NCBI GenBank assembly: GCA_964503885.1
Contig: CAZDCD010000008.1
Location: 82,088 to 146,087, forward strand
Direction: 5' to 3'
DNA length: 64,000 nucleotides
DNA from: an uncultured Bacteroidales bacterium
GTDB lineage: Bacteria > Bacteroidota > Bacteroidia > Bacteroidales > UBA10428
The position numbers were made by a program, and so were the translations under genes. Position 1 is the first letter of the stretch. Each line of letters opens with the position of its first letter. Positions 20,410-30,071 of the stretch are shown in pieces. The notes under the pieces are model-generated. The model saw nothing but the letters and a program-made list of their open reading frames with translations. It was not told where the DNA came from and searched no databases.

Positions 20410-20790
20410 TCAATATGAGTATTCTATTGAAATGGCTTTTTCCAGTGATTCTTTGCTGATCTCATCTTTAATGATGTAGCTTCGGGCGCCGGCTTCGATC
20501 ATCTGCACAATATATTTCATTTCGGAATGAAACGATACTGCCACGATCACCAGATTCCTGTAAAGCATTGTGGCTTCGCGTGTGGCTTCAATACCATTCA
20601 GACCGGGCATATTTATATCCATAAAAACAATGTCATACAATTTACTTTTAAGCACTTCCAGGCAATCCCTGCCGTCATTTACTGCACTGATGGTATCGAT
20701 TTTATCCTCAAAAGAATCTGTTAACATGAATTTTAATGCATTGCAGAAATGTGGATTATCATCTACTATCAATACTTTAAGCTTCTTCAT
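20410..20790 (-). CDS. Stand-alone response regulator receiver domain (NarL-type REC, no output domain)
   Basis: VLIVDD, FMDINMPGLNG (phospho-Asp), VAVSF, SYIIKD. Start set at ATG 20790 because the -7 element lies at 20806-20813. Confidence 0.9.
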   Translation of the reverse strand: MKKLKVLIVDDNPHFCNALKFMLTDSFEDKIDTISAVNDGRDCLEVLKSKLYDIVFMDINMPGLNGIEATREATMLYRNLVIVAVSFHSEMKYIVQMIEAGARSYIIKDEISKESLEKAISIEYSY

Positions 20791-20805
20791 ATAGGGAATT
20801 TTATA

Positions 20806-20920
20806 CAAATATACCCGGTTTGCTTAATTTAAGATAGAGTTAATGTACGCAATTATAGGATTTTTCTACGTAAATTTTGAGGTAGTAAATACCTATATTG
20901 CTCTGAGTATTTTCCGACAT
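20806..20920 (-). promoter_or_regulatory. Promoter P1 with four-site regulator array (drives the receiver-only gene)
   Basis: -7 TATATTTG (rc, 20806-20813). Plus-strand TACGCAATT at offset 40, TACGTAAA at 61, TACCTA at 84, inverted GTATTTTCCGAC at 101. Confidence 0.7.
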
Positions 20921-21019
20921 GATGATAAAAGTGTACTGATTTTAATCCAGCTACTTAACCAATGAGAGTGTAAAATAAAAAAAGCATATAGTTACAGTTA
21001 AGGGTTTTATATAAAGTCA

Positions 21020-21048
21020 AACGGGATGTCATTTTTTGGCATCCCGTT
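21020..21048 (-). terminator. Hairpin ending the candidate sRNA
   Basis: AACGGGATGTCA-TTTTT-TGGCATCCCGTT (12 bp with one imperfect pair); the U tract is weak. Confidence 0.5.
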
Positions 21049-21142
21049 ATCCCACCTAAATCCAACCAAACCCTAAAACTAGCTAAACCCTTTTTAACTT
21101 TAAAAACCCTGTATTCTTAACACTTAAATATGAAAATCTTTA
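21020..21142 (-). ncRNA. Candidate ~120-nt small RNA with three AGGGUUU repeats
   Basis: Own -7 element (21148-21155) and regulator array, no credible ORF, AAACCCT x3 on the plus strand (21068, 21085, 21104), and a closing 12-bp hairpin at 21020-21048. The ends are estimates. Confidence 0.5.
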
Positions 21143-21147
21143 GGATA

Positions 21148-21262
21148 CAAAAATAAAGTGTATATGATGCTAAAATGATAGTGGAAATACCTAATTTTCA
21201 AGAAATATTACCCAAAACCCGGTAGGTAATAACCTCCATGAATATTGCGTATTTTCCGACAT
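21148..21262 (-). promoter_or_regulatory. Promoter P2 with four-site regulator array (drives the candidate sRNA)
   Basis: -7 TATTTTTG (rc, 21148-21155). TACCTAATT at offset 40, TACCCAAA at 61, AACCTC at about 83, and GTATTTTCCGACAT at 101 (14-bp identity with P1 at the same offset). Confidence 0.7.
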
Positions 21263-21558
21263 TATTTCCGTACTATTTTAAGCAATTCAAAGTTGCGGTT
21301 TTTCTTTTCTTCCAGAAACTCTCTGATATATTTATCATTCAATCCGTTTGAATATTTCTGGATCCGGATAATATCATCATTTATTTTTTGAACATCAGGT
21401 ATACCCGGATTGCTCACGAGAAGGCTGTTAAAATTCTTTTTAAGCAAATTCAAAATTTCCATTTTTGAATGATCCTTATTAGCCTTACTGAGCAAATGAA
21501 AAACCTCTCTTCTTATTTTATATGAAAGATCGTTATCGTATTGCACAAGCGCTTCCAT
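21262..21558 (-). CDS. Small hypothetical helical protein (98 aa)
   Basis: ATG-started ORF with a charged, amphipathic composition, preceded by promoter P3. No family recognised. Confidence 0.6.
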   Translation of the reverse strand: MEALVQYDNDLSYKIRREVFHLLSKANKDHSKMEILNLLKKNFNSLLVSNPGIPDVQKINDDIIRIQKYSNGLNDKYIREFLEEKKNRNFELLKIVRK

Positions 21559-21639
21559 AATGTTGATTCAAAAGTTGCCGCAGATAATGAAGTTAAGATT
21601 CCGTGTCAAATCCTTTTCGATATTCGTATTTTCTGCAAT

Positions 21640-21755
21640 CAAAATTAGTTCAACAATTATGGCAGAAGCACCGCGCTAACTACTCAATTTTCATGAAAAA
21701 ATACGCAAATATATCTGGCGGTTTTTACGCATAATATCATGTGTAAAAACCGCCA
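21640..21755 (-). promoter_or_regulatory. Promoter P3 with four-site regulator array (drives the 98-aa ORF)
   Basis: -7 TAATTTTG (rc, 21640-21647). TACTCAATT at offset 41, TACGCAAA at 62, TACGCA at 86, inverted GTAAAAACCGCC at 103. The last two form a near-perfect 17-bp inverted repeat at 21716-21755. Confidence 0.68.
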
Positions 21756-21835
21756 AAATTTTGTTGAATACCAATTGAAGACAGTACCATTGGTAATGAT
21801 TACAGCCCTGGCATAAAACCCTATGAAATGAAGAT

Positions 21836-22471
21836 TCAGATGGAAACAAGCTTGTTCTTAATGGCATATACGACCAGACTGATCGAATTTTTTGATTCGG
21901 TTTTCTGCAATAAGCTTGATCGATGTCTTTCCACTGTTCGCTGACTGATGAACAGCGTATTGGAGATTTGCTGGTTTGAATACCCTTTGCAGATCAGTTC
22001 AAGCACTTCCTTTTCTCTCCGGGTTAAAGGGATAGCCTGATCAGATGATTTATCTTTAATCAGGTTAAGTAACAGTTCCTGTGAAAAAAAATTGCCGCCA
22101 TTGGTAACTTTGAGGATGGCATCGTGCAATTCATTGTTATCAATATCCTTCAGAATAAAGCCTTTAACACCCATATCAATCATTGTATTGTAATATTTGG
22201 TATCGCCAAACATAGATAGGACGAGGATGTTTAATTGCGGGTATTTCTGAAGTGCCAGTTGAGCTGCTTCAACGCCATTCATTACCGGCATATTGATATC
22301 CAGCAATACCACATCAGGAAGCCCATAAGTGAGAAGCTCGAGAAACTCTTTCCCGTTGGATGCTTCTCCTATTACTTCCAGGTCATCGGATTCGTTTAAA
22401 ATAAACTTTAAACCGCTTCTGAAAAGCTGGTGGTCATCCACGATAATTAGTTGCTTCCTTTTCATTGCCAT
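21836..22471 (-). CDS. NarL/FixJ-family DNA-binding response regulator (REC plus LuxR HTH)
   Basis: IVDDHQLFRSG, LLDINMPVMNG, GFILKD, LTRREKEVLELICKGYSNQQIS...RTVERHR. Confidence 0.95.
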   Translation of the reverse strand: MAMKRKQLIIVDDHQLFRSGLKFILNESDDLEVIGEASNGKEFLELLTYGLPDVVLLDINMPVMNGVEAAQLALQKYPQLNILVLSMFGDTKYYNTMIDMGVKGFILKDIDNNELHDAILKVTNGGNFFSQELLLNLIKDKSSDQAIPLTRREKEVLELICKGYSNQQISNTLFISQRTVERHRSSLLQKTESKNSISLVVYAIKNKLVSI

Positions 22472-22660
22472 GAAATGAGTAACAGTATTGCTGCGTTAAT
22501 TGTGGTTTAGTCTCACCAGCTTCAAAGCGTTTTTCTTATTCAACACTCTGTGATATCTTATTTCGAATGACCTGATCCGTTGTTTACTGGTCCGATTGCT
22601 GTGAATTTTGAATATCCGAAATTACTAAAATAATCTCTATTCCTCAATTTACTGAGGTGA

Positions 22661-25600
22661 TTAAACAGGAATATTCAATTCAAATGACATCCCTTTACCT
22701 GGTTCTGAAAGATAGGAATACCTTCCTTTTAAGGATCTTACGCGGCTTATAATATTTGAAATACCCATCCCGAGAGTAACTTTCTGATCGAAATTTACAT
22801 AATCAAAGCCAACGCCATTATCTTTAAAATTCAACCTGAGGTTTTTACCTTCGAGCACTATTCTTAATTGTATTTCTGCAGCTCCGGCATGTTTTATGGT
22901 ATTATTGATCAACTCTTTGATGATCCTGTATAATGAGGTTTCAATTTCATCTGAAAACCGGTTATCGGCAATGTTGCTTTGAAATTTGATAACTATGTGC
23001 TCTTCCACATTTCTGGCAAATGACTCTATGGATGCATAAAGGCCATAGTTTTTCAGAATGTGCGGGCTCAGATCATTTGAAATTTCTTTTGTGCTCTGAA
23101 TGGCTTCCTTAACAATTTCATTCAACTGGTCGATAATAAATTTCTGTTTTTCTATTTCCTGAATGCTATCAATGGTATTAACATACATTTTAATACTCGA
23201 CAGGAGAGGACCCAGATCGTCATGCAGGTTTTTAGCAAATTTTTCCCTTTCTTTTTCTTCTGTTCTTATTATTGCATCAAGTATTTTTTTCTCCATAAAT
23301 TTCATCTCGGTGATGTCTTCATAGGTGCCAAGAACTCCTATTGTACTCCCTGTAGCATTCTTAAGGGGAATTTTACTTGTTTTAAGCCATATCTTGTGAC
23401 CATCGGGTGTGGTTTGAGGTTCCTCATAATTCATGATTGAAACAGCATCTGACAATACCTTCCTGTCGTCGGCACGATACAGATCTGCCTCCGATTTCCA
23501 CGAAAGCTGGTAATCGTCCATTCCGATTATTTTAAACGGATCGTCAAAACCTGCATCCTGGGCAAAAAGTTTATTACAGCCAAGGTATTTGAATTCACTG
23601 TTTTTCCAAAATACCCTCACAGGAATTGTATTCAGGATTATCTGCAACATACTGTTGGCTTCAGCAAGCTGTGCTTCCCTTTCATATAGCGCGTTTTCAG
23701 CGGCTTTTCTGGAGGTAATATCCCGCACTATTGCCTGCAGGTATATTTCTCCGGAAAACTCAATTCTTTGTAAGGCAACTTCGGCATCGAAGTGCACCCC
23801 ATCGAATTTGATATGCTGCCATTCGAAAAACTGGGGAACCCCGTCATATGCCGCTTTAATTTTCTCCATACCTTTTTCAAGTGAATCTCTTCCGTCGGGT
23901 TGTTTCTGCGGTGAAAACCTGAACGGGGTCTGGTTAAGGATTTCTTCCCTACTGCACCCATACATTTTTAATGTTGCACTATTGCAATCCACAAACTTAT
24001 TTTCCTTCATCATAAAAATGGCATCGCTGGCAGATTCAAAGAGCAACCTGAATTTTTGTTCACTTTCCACAAGGGCTCTTTCAGATAGCTTTCTTTCGGT
24101 AATATCTCTGAATAATGCCTGTAAACGACCGTCTGCGAGCATTTTAGTGTTCATTTCCACTTCGATGCTTTTACCATCTTTTCGTGTAAGATACCGCTCA
24201 TTGATCACATTTTGGCCTGATCTTACAAGGTCATAGCGCAACGGTTTTGCTTTTATTTCATTATTCCGGAAAAGCATTTCGATTTTTTGGTTAATCAATT
24301 CGTTTTTTTCAAACCCCGATATTTTGCACATGCTTGAGTTTGCATTGGTAATGATACCATCTTCATTTCCCACAAGAATACCGTCGGCAGCCTGTTCGAA
24401 TAAAGTGCGGTATCGTTCCTCACTTTCCATCAAAGCATGTTGCGATAGTTTGCGTTCAGTTACTTCATAAACCGAAGCCAGGAGCTTTGAGGGATTCCCG
24501 TCTTTATTGTATTCAAAGATTATGGCCGAAACAGATACCCAGATCATTTTGTTATCTTTCCTTGTTAACCTGAGTTCAAACTCAAAGGTCTTGTCTTTCA
24601 CATTGTTTTTTAAACCTGAAACAGTATTGATTACCAGGTTAAAATCTTCAGGATGTATTATTTCTTTGAGATTATCTTTTAACCGGTATATCTCTTCACT
24701 GGTATAACCGGTTATACCAGTAATCTTTTCAGAGACATAAGAAATACTAAGGCATTCAAGATCGAAAATTACAAAAACAGTGGGCGAGGTATTTATAATA
24801 CCCTGCAGGTATTTATTTGTATTCTTCAGCTCTTCCTCGGCTTTAATTCGTTCCGATATATTTTCAAATGCCACTCCGACCCTGTTTCTTGGAAGTGGAA
24901 ATGCCTTGACTGAAAATGCTCCTGAAATGACCCTCTCATCGGAATAATAAATATCACTGATTTCAATGGGGATTTTTGTTTGAACGACATCGAAATATTT
25001 TTGCGGAATGCCTTTTTCACGCAGTCCCGGAAAATTCTCATCGAGTGTTTTTCCGATGATCTCACCAACCGGAACACCGGTTAATTTTTCTGTGGCAGGA
25101 TTTGCAGCGATCATCCTCAATGTTTTATTGTCGTCCGGATCCTCCAATTCATAGATATGAATTCCTGTCTGTATGTTTTCAAACAGGTCGGCTGCCTGCT
25201 GCAACACCTCTTCGGTCTTTTTTCTTTCGGAAATATCACGAATAACTGCCAAAACGCGCTTGCTACCTGCGATATGAGCACTTTTTAAGGATACTTCAGT
25301 CCAAAATGTTGACCCATCTTTTCTTTTACTCATCCACTTAAAAATCTGAGGCCGTTTGGTGGCTGCTTTTTTCACCAGGGCTAAAGCTTTCCTGCTGGTT
25401 TCTTCTGACTTTCCGGCGCTTAAATCGCCGGCCCGGTTGCCGATTATTTCGTCATAGCTGTAACCAAACATATCAAGAGTTGCCTTATTCACGTCAAGGA
25501 TTTTACCGGTATCGATCTCATGAATAAATATTGATTCCGATGTGGCGTTAAAGATCTCTCTATAATTCTGTTCACTTTTCATCAACGAGATCAGGGAATT

Positions 25601-26722
25601 CTTCCGGTTCAATGCATTGACGAATATCTGGCCGGCCATTTTTAGCAGGTAGAAATCAGTATCCGTCTTTTCAGATAATTTCTTCGTAGAATTAAAACAA
25701 AGCAGGGCCAGAGGAAAACCTTGCAGGGTGATTTGCATAATTATGCCTGCATTCAATCCCAGCTCTTTCATAGTGATTTTTAGTTTATTTGCTGTCTGGG
25801 GTATATGATTTAACGAAGGAATAAATACAATTTCATGATCAATCAATTCATTATTCATCCACGGGATTTCATCCGGATTTATCGAACACAATTTTTTAGT
25901 ATTAAAAGTTTCTTCCTTTTTAATCCATTGATGAGTGATCATAAACTTGTCATGCTCATAGTCAAACATCAGGATATGTCCTTCATCGCAATCTATAAAT
26001 CCGGCGATTTCACCAAGGGCCTTAACAATCTCGTTATCCACATTCTCAGGTGGAATATTAATAAATTGCGTGGATATCCCGGAAAGCAGTCTTTCAAAAT
26101 GATTCCTGTATAACAGATCGTTCTCGATTTTTTTTACAGCAGTTATATCTCTCTGTGTGCTCCAGATGCCGGTAAGTTTATTGCCGAGGATTATGCCTAC
26201 GGAATTGTTTAATATATACACCGTGTCTCCATCATCATTTACACTTTCCAAAAAAAGGTTCGTAATTTTATATCCTGAATGAACAAAATCTGTGATCAGT
26301 TTCTTTATATTACCGCAGTCTTCTTTTTTCAGGATTGTCCGGACAGGTGTGCCGATAAGATCTTCTTTATGCTTATACCCCAAACGTTGGGCATAAGCAA
26401 GGTTACATTCTGCAAAAAAACTTTCGTTAAAAATTTCCTGTACCTGTTTTTTTTCAGAATATTCAAGAGAGACAGGTTTCCCAAATTCAATCATGAATAT
26501 GGATTCACTGCTTCTTTCAACGAATATCCTGTATTTTGATTCACTCTGCTTCAATTCATTTGATCGTTCATTAACCAGCAGTTCGAGGTAGTCTCTGTAT
26601 TTCTCAAGTTCTTCCACGGAAAACGATCCGGCTTTTTTATGCCGCTTTTTCAACATTTGGTTTTCCTTTTCGAGAAATTTAATCCTTGAAGTCAGCTCTG
26701 AATAGGAAACTCGATTTTCCAT
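22661..26722 (-). CDS. Soluble multi-PAS/GAF sensor histidine kinase (HisKA_3 type)
   Basis: About seven PAS/PAC repeats ending in RDITERK-like motifs, one GAF-like segment, H box [35 protein letters not shown]. No transmembrane segment seen. Confidence 0.93.
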   Translation of the reverse strand: MENRVSYSELTSRIKFLEKENQMLKKRHKKAGSFSVEELEKYRDYLELLVNERSNELKQSESKYRIFVERSSESIFMIEFGKPVSLEYSEKKQVQEIFNESFFAECNLAYAQRLGYKHKEDLIGTPVRTILKKEDCGNIKKLITDFVHSGYKITNLFLESVNDDGDTVYILNNSVGIILGNKLTGIWSTQRDITAVKKIENDLLYRNHFERLLSGISTQFINIPPENVDNEIVKALGEIAGFIDCDEGHILMFDYEHDKFMITHQWIKKEETFNTKKLCSINPDEIPWMNNELIDHEIVFIPSLNHIPQTANKLKITMKELGLNAGIIMQITLQGFPLALLCFNSTKKLSEKTDTDFYLLKMAGQIFVNALNRKNSLISLMKSEQNYREIFNATSESIFIHEIDTGKILDVNKATLDMFGYSYDEIIGNRAGDLSAGKSEETSRKALALVKKAATKRPQIFKWMSKRKDGSTFWTEVSLKSAHIAGSKRVLAVIRDISERKKTEEVLQQAADLFENIQTGIHIYELEDPDDNKTLRMIAANPATEKLTGVPVGEIIGKTLDENFPGLREKGIPQKYFDVVQTKIPIEISDIYYSDERVISGAFSVKAFPLPRNRVGVAFENISERIKAEEELKNTNKYLQGIINTSPTVFVIFDLECLSISYVSEKITGITGYTSEEIYRLKDNLKEIIHPEDFNLVINTVSGLKNNVKDKTFEFELRLTRKDNKMIWVSVSAIIFEYNKDGNPSKLLASVYEVTERKLSQHALMESEERYRTLFEQAADGILVGNEDGIITNANSSMCKISGFEKNELINQKIEMLFRNNEIKAKPLRYDLVRSGQNVINERYLTRKDGKSIEVEMNTKMLADGRLQALFRDITERKLSERALVESEQKFRLLFESASDAIFMMKENKFVDCNSATLKMYGCSREEILNQTPFRFSPQKQPDGRDSLEKGMEKIKAAYDGVPQFFEWQHIKFDGVHFDAEVALQRIEFSGEIYLQAIVRDITSRKAAENALYEREAQLAEANSMLQIILNTIPVRVFWKNSEFKYLGCNKLFAQDAGFDDPFKIIGMDDYQLSWKSEADLYRADDRKVLSDAVSIMNYEEPQTTPDGHKIWLKTSKIPLKNATGSTIGVLGTYEDITEMKFMEKKILDAIIRTEEKEREKFAKNLHDDLGPLLSSIKMYVNTIDSIQEIEKQKFIIDQLNEIVKEAIQSTKEISNDLSPHILKNYGLYASIESFARNVEEHIVIKFQSNIADNRFSDEIETSLYRIIKELINNTIKHAGAAEIQLRIVLEGKNLRLNFKDNGVGFDYVNFDQKVTLGMGISNIISRVRSLKGRYSYLSEPGKGMSFELNIPV

Positions 26723-26840
26723 GTTGTTAATTTTTTATACAACAAAGCGTAACATATAAAGTTATTAAAATTTTAGGAGGATTGTTTTCGAAAATTGCTG
26801 AATAATCCATTATTTTAGTGAACATTATATTCTGTGAATA

Positions 26841-27971
26841 GTGGCTGGAATTTACATACATATACCGTTATGCAGAACAATCTGTCATTATTGTGATTTT
26901 TTCAGAACTACTGAAATTCACAGGAAAAATGAGCTGCTGGATTGTATGTTAAAAGAGCTGGAAATTACCCATGATTTTCTTGAAAATGAGCCTGTAAATA
27001 CCATTTACTTTGGTGGGGGCACGCCATCTGTGCTTACCGGTCATGAAATCAGCCTGTTGACTGAACAGGTAATTGCCATGCACCCTGTTACTGACAATGC
27101 TGAAATAACGCTGGAAGCAAATCCGGATGATCTTACTGATGACTATCTGAAGAGGCTAAAGGATAATACAAGAATTAACAGGTTGAGCATTGGGATACAA
27201 TCATTCATCGACCGTGATCTGAAACTGATGAACCGGAGACATAATGCCGGAAAGGCCCGGGAATCTGTAAACAACAGTCTTGCTTTGGGTTTTTCAAATA
27301 TCAGCATTGACCTGATCTATGGAATACCGGGAATGTCGCTTGCAGATTGGGAATATTCATTAAAAAAAGCATTTTCACTAAGGATCAGCCATCTTTCCGC
27401 GTATCACTTAACCATAGAAAAGGGAACGGTATTCTATGATCTCATGTGTCAAAACAAACTCAGTAAGGAAAGCGAGGACGACAGCCTTGATCAGTTTCGC
27501 ATGTTGATAAAAACTGCTCGCCGATATGATTTTATGCAGTACGAAATATCCAATTTCGCCAGGGATGGCATGTATTCGGTGCATAACTCAAATTACTGGA
27601 AAAGGGTAAAATACCTTGGCATCGGACCTTCGGCACATTCTTATAATATTGGCAGCAGACGCTGGAATGTATCCGATAACCACGAATATATAAGTAAAAT
27701 TACTCGGGGTGAACCTTTTTTCGAATCCGAAATACTCGATGAAACAACCCGTTACAATGAATATGTCATGACCGGTTTGCGCACGATGTGGGGGATCAAA
27801 CTGAATGAAGTGCATGCCATTTTTGGTCAGAAATTCTATGATCACCTGCTTACCGGTTTACAAAAATTTCTTTCAGGGGGAGAGGTGACAGAGAACGGAG
27901 AGGTGCTTTTGCTATCAGAAAAAGGCAAGTTTATTTCTGACTACATTATTTCAGAATTGCTTGTTACGTAA
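26841..27971 (+). CDS. hemW: Radical SAM family heme chaperone HemW (HemN-like)
   Basis: GIYIHIPLCRTICHYCDF, YFGGGTPS, EANP, SIGIQSF, DLIYGIP, YEISNFA, HNSNYW. GTG start. Confidence 0.9.
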   Translation: MAGIYIHIPLCRTICHYCDFFRTTEIHRKNELLDCMLKELEITHDFLENEPVNTIYFGGGTPSVLTGHEISLLTEQVIAMHPVTDNAEITLEANPDDLTDDYLKRLKDNTRINRLSIGIQSFIDRDLKLMNRRHNAGKARESVNNSLALGFSNISIDLIYGIPGMSLADWEYSLKKAFSLRISHLSAYHLTIEKGTVFYDLMCQNKLSKESEDDSLDQFRMLIKTARRYDFMQYEISNFARDGMYSVHNSNYWKRVKYLGIGPSAHSYNIGSRRWNVSDNHEYISKITRGEPFFESEILDETTRYNEYVMTGLRTMWGIKLNEVHAIFGQKFYDHLLTGLQKFLSGGEVTENGEVLLLSEKGKFISDYIISELLVT

Positions 27972-27974
27972 GGA

Positions 27975-29264
27975 TCAGGCTAGTTTTAACACTTTGACCA
28001 TCAACTCGTTAAGCTTTTCCTCAAGTGTTTCGTAGGAGAACAGTTTTTTTCCAAGGTAGTAGTTGAATTCACCGATCTCACGGTTAAGCTTCTCATTATA
28101 AATTATTTCTTTCATCTGTTCGATGGCCTTGTCAGTCAGCTGGCTTTCTTCAATCATCACCGTTTTAAAACCCTTGCTTCCGATATCAGGCCAGTAAACC
28201 GGCTTATAATTGTTCACGAATATGGGGCGTTTGGCCAGCACAGCCTCAACAAAGGCATTTCCAAATCCCTCGTAGGTGCTGAAATAGGTGCAAGCCCTTG
28301 CCTGGGCATAGGCATCGGAGAGTGAATAGTTCAAATCACCTGAATGTGAAGTAAGTCCCTTATTGTTAAAAAGATGATAAGCAAACGAAACCTGGTCACC
28401 TAATTTAAGTGTGTGTATCAATTCCACAAGCTCCATATAGTATTTGCTTCCAGCATCATCGTTATAATTACCTGTAATAATAAGCTTTACTCGCTTATCA
28501 TTAAGTTTGTCCATCAACTGAATAGCCGTTTCAATGCCTTTTCTCCCCACAACCCGGGTTACCTGAAAAAGAAGAATATCATCACAATTGAATCCCAGAT
28601 TCAGGTGCAGGTATTTATTTCTTTCGGTAACTTCTCCGAATGGCTGATCAAAATCCATTACATTCGGTACAATGATCGAATCGCGGTTAAATTTCTCTTT
28701 AAGTGTATGCTGAGCGGGCGTATTAATTACTGCATGAACAGAATTGGGTAACCTGAGCGGGAAAGTATTATTGATGAACTGGTTGATCTTGAAATAAGGT
28801 GATTCATATCTGTTGCCCCTTTCCCATGCAAAATCGTGATCATGGGTTATTGTCGGCAGACCGAGTTTTTCAACCGCCTTTTTTATGGCCAGCCCCATTT
28901 CAAGGTGTGAAGGAAGCGCCGAGGCATTTTCGGATATCAGCAATTCAATTTTCCGGGCATGAACCCAATCTATTATTTTTTTGTAAATAACTTTTGAATA
29001 CAGGTCGATATGTTCGAGCAATTCATCTTCGTTTGAATCGGGATGAAAAAATGCTTTTTTCTGTCCCCAGTAGCTTTCGGGTGAGAAAAAAGACATCTCC
29101 ATTACCAGTGTTTCATATTTGGAGTCCATCGCTCTTTCCTCAAACTGACCGGATATTATAAACACTTCGTGTCCCATTCTTCTAAGTACTTCAATCCATT
29201 TTTCGGTTTCAAGAGCAACCCCGTCGACACCTCCGATTCTGCCAATAATAATGCCTATTTTCAT
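27975..29264 (-). CDS. GT4 glycosyltransferase, mannosylglucosylglycerate synthase (MggS)-like
   Basis: VDGVALETEKW...MGHEV, HDHDFAWER, QVTRVVGRKGIE, STYEGFGNAFVEA. Confidence 0.82.
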   Translation of the reverse strand: MKIGIIIGRIGGVDGVALETEKWIEVLRRMGHEVFIISGQFEERAMDSKYETLVMEMSFFSPESYWGQKKAFFHPDSNEDELLEHIDLYSKVIYKKIIDWVHARKIELLISENASALPSHLEMGLAIKKAVEKLGLPTITHDHDFAWERGNRYESPYFKINQFINNTFPLRLPNSVHAVINTPAQHTLKEKFNRDSIIVPNVMDFDQPFGEVTERNKYLHLNLGFNCDDILLFQVTRVVGRKGIETAIQLMDKLNDKRVKLIITGNYNDDAGSKYYMELVELIHTLKLGDQVSFAYHLFNNKGLTSHSGDLNYSLSDAYAQARACTYFSTYEGFGNAFVEAVLAKRPIFVNNYKPVYWPDIGSKGFKTVMIEESQLTDKAIEQMKEIIYNEKLNREIGEFNYYLGKKLFSYETLEEKLNELMVKVLKLA

Positions 29265-29372
29265 ATAAAACGGTAATTTTCTTCACTTTAAAAGTAGTAA
29301 AATAATCAGGGCTGTGCAAGAATTTATGTGGCGGCCTACCCGTTTCGGGAAACCTCGTTACTTGGGAATGTG

Positions 29373-29549
29373 TTATTTTTCTGCATATTCAGCAAGGCAA
29401 GCCGGACAGAGACAATCATTGAAGTTCTCAATGATCTTCAACATTTCGGGTTTATGTATCTGAACATTTTCGCACCAGCAATCTGCATCACCAAAACACT
29501 GGAATGATGCACCGCATTTCGGACATTTTTTGGTCATTCCTTTTTTCAT
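29373..29549 (-). CDS. Cysteine-rich CWC family small protein (58 aa)
   Basis: Hand translation MKKGMTKKCPKCGASFQCFGDADCWCENV...DCLCPACLAEYAEK. The ATG abuts the folB stop; the ORF is below the track cutoff. Confidence 0.85.
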   Translation of the reverse strand: MKKGMTKKCPKCGASFQCFGDADCWCENVQIHKPEMLKIIENFNDCLCPACLAEYAEK

Positions 29550-29900
29550 TCAGCCTGTAACTGTTACGCTTACAGAATCCATAATGCCTCCCATCGGAGG
29601 ATTTAGCTTGGAGACTTTTACAGTAATGGAACTGATATTATTAAAATTAAGGTGGATTGCATCAATTATACGTTGTGCAATGTTTTCTAAAAGATGTGAT
29701 TTATTTTTCATCTCACCCTTCACAATATCGTATATCGAACAGTAATTTATGGTATCTTCGAGTTTATCTGAACCTGCGGCCTTCTTTAGATCGGCTTCAA
29801 TGGTAAGATTTACCCTGAATTTATTCCCGATTTTTTGCTCTTCTTCAAAATGCCCGTGGTAAGCATAGAATTCCATATTTTCAAGATGTATCAATCCCAT
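29550..29900 (-). CDS. folB: Dihydroneopterin aldolase
   Basis: FYAYHG, EQKIGNKF, DTINY, LLENIA, VSKLNPPMGG. Confidence 0.95.
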   Translation of the reverse strand: MGLIHLENMEFYAYHGHFEEEQKIGNKFRVNLTIEADLKKAAGSDKLEDTINYCSIYDIVKGEMKNKSHLLENIAQRIIDAIHLNFNNISSITVKVSKLNPPMGGIMDSVSVTVTG

Positions 29901-29964
29901 TTTTTTATGCTATTAACAGTACAACTGTAAAAGTCCATTTTTTTTCAAAGATGCAAAAAAATGA

Positions 29965-29993
29965 TTGCAAATAGTATTTTATACTTACTTTTG
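29965..29993 (+). promoter_or_regulatory. Housekeeping sigma promoter for glnS
   Basis: TTG at 29965-29967 and TACTTTTG at 29986-29993 (Bacteroidota -33/-7). Confidence 0.55.
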
Positions 29994-30071
29994 TGATCGT
30001 ATGCAAAAATCATCAACATTACTGATTTTATTGCACTTATAGTGTTTCCCGGGAAATTAGTTAAGGAAAAT

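Noticed and set aside
21130-21156. Plus-strand mini-ORF MKIFRIQK after the AAACCCT repeats
   Set aside because: Eight codons, overlaps the minus-strand -7 element of P2, and has no plus-strand promoter support.
21716-21755. 17-bp inverted repeat read as the terminator of the NarL regulator gene
   Set aside because: Its arms match sites 3 and 4 of the promoter array at the expected offsets, so a binding site explains it better. A dual role is not excluded.
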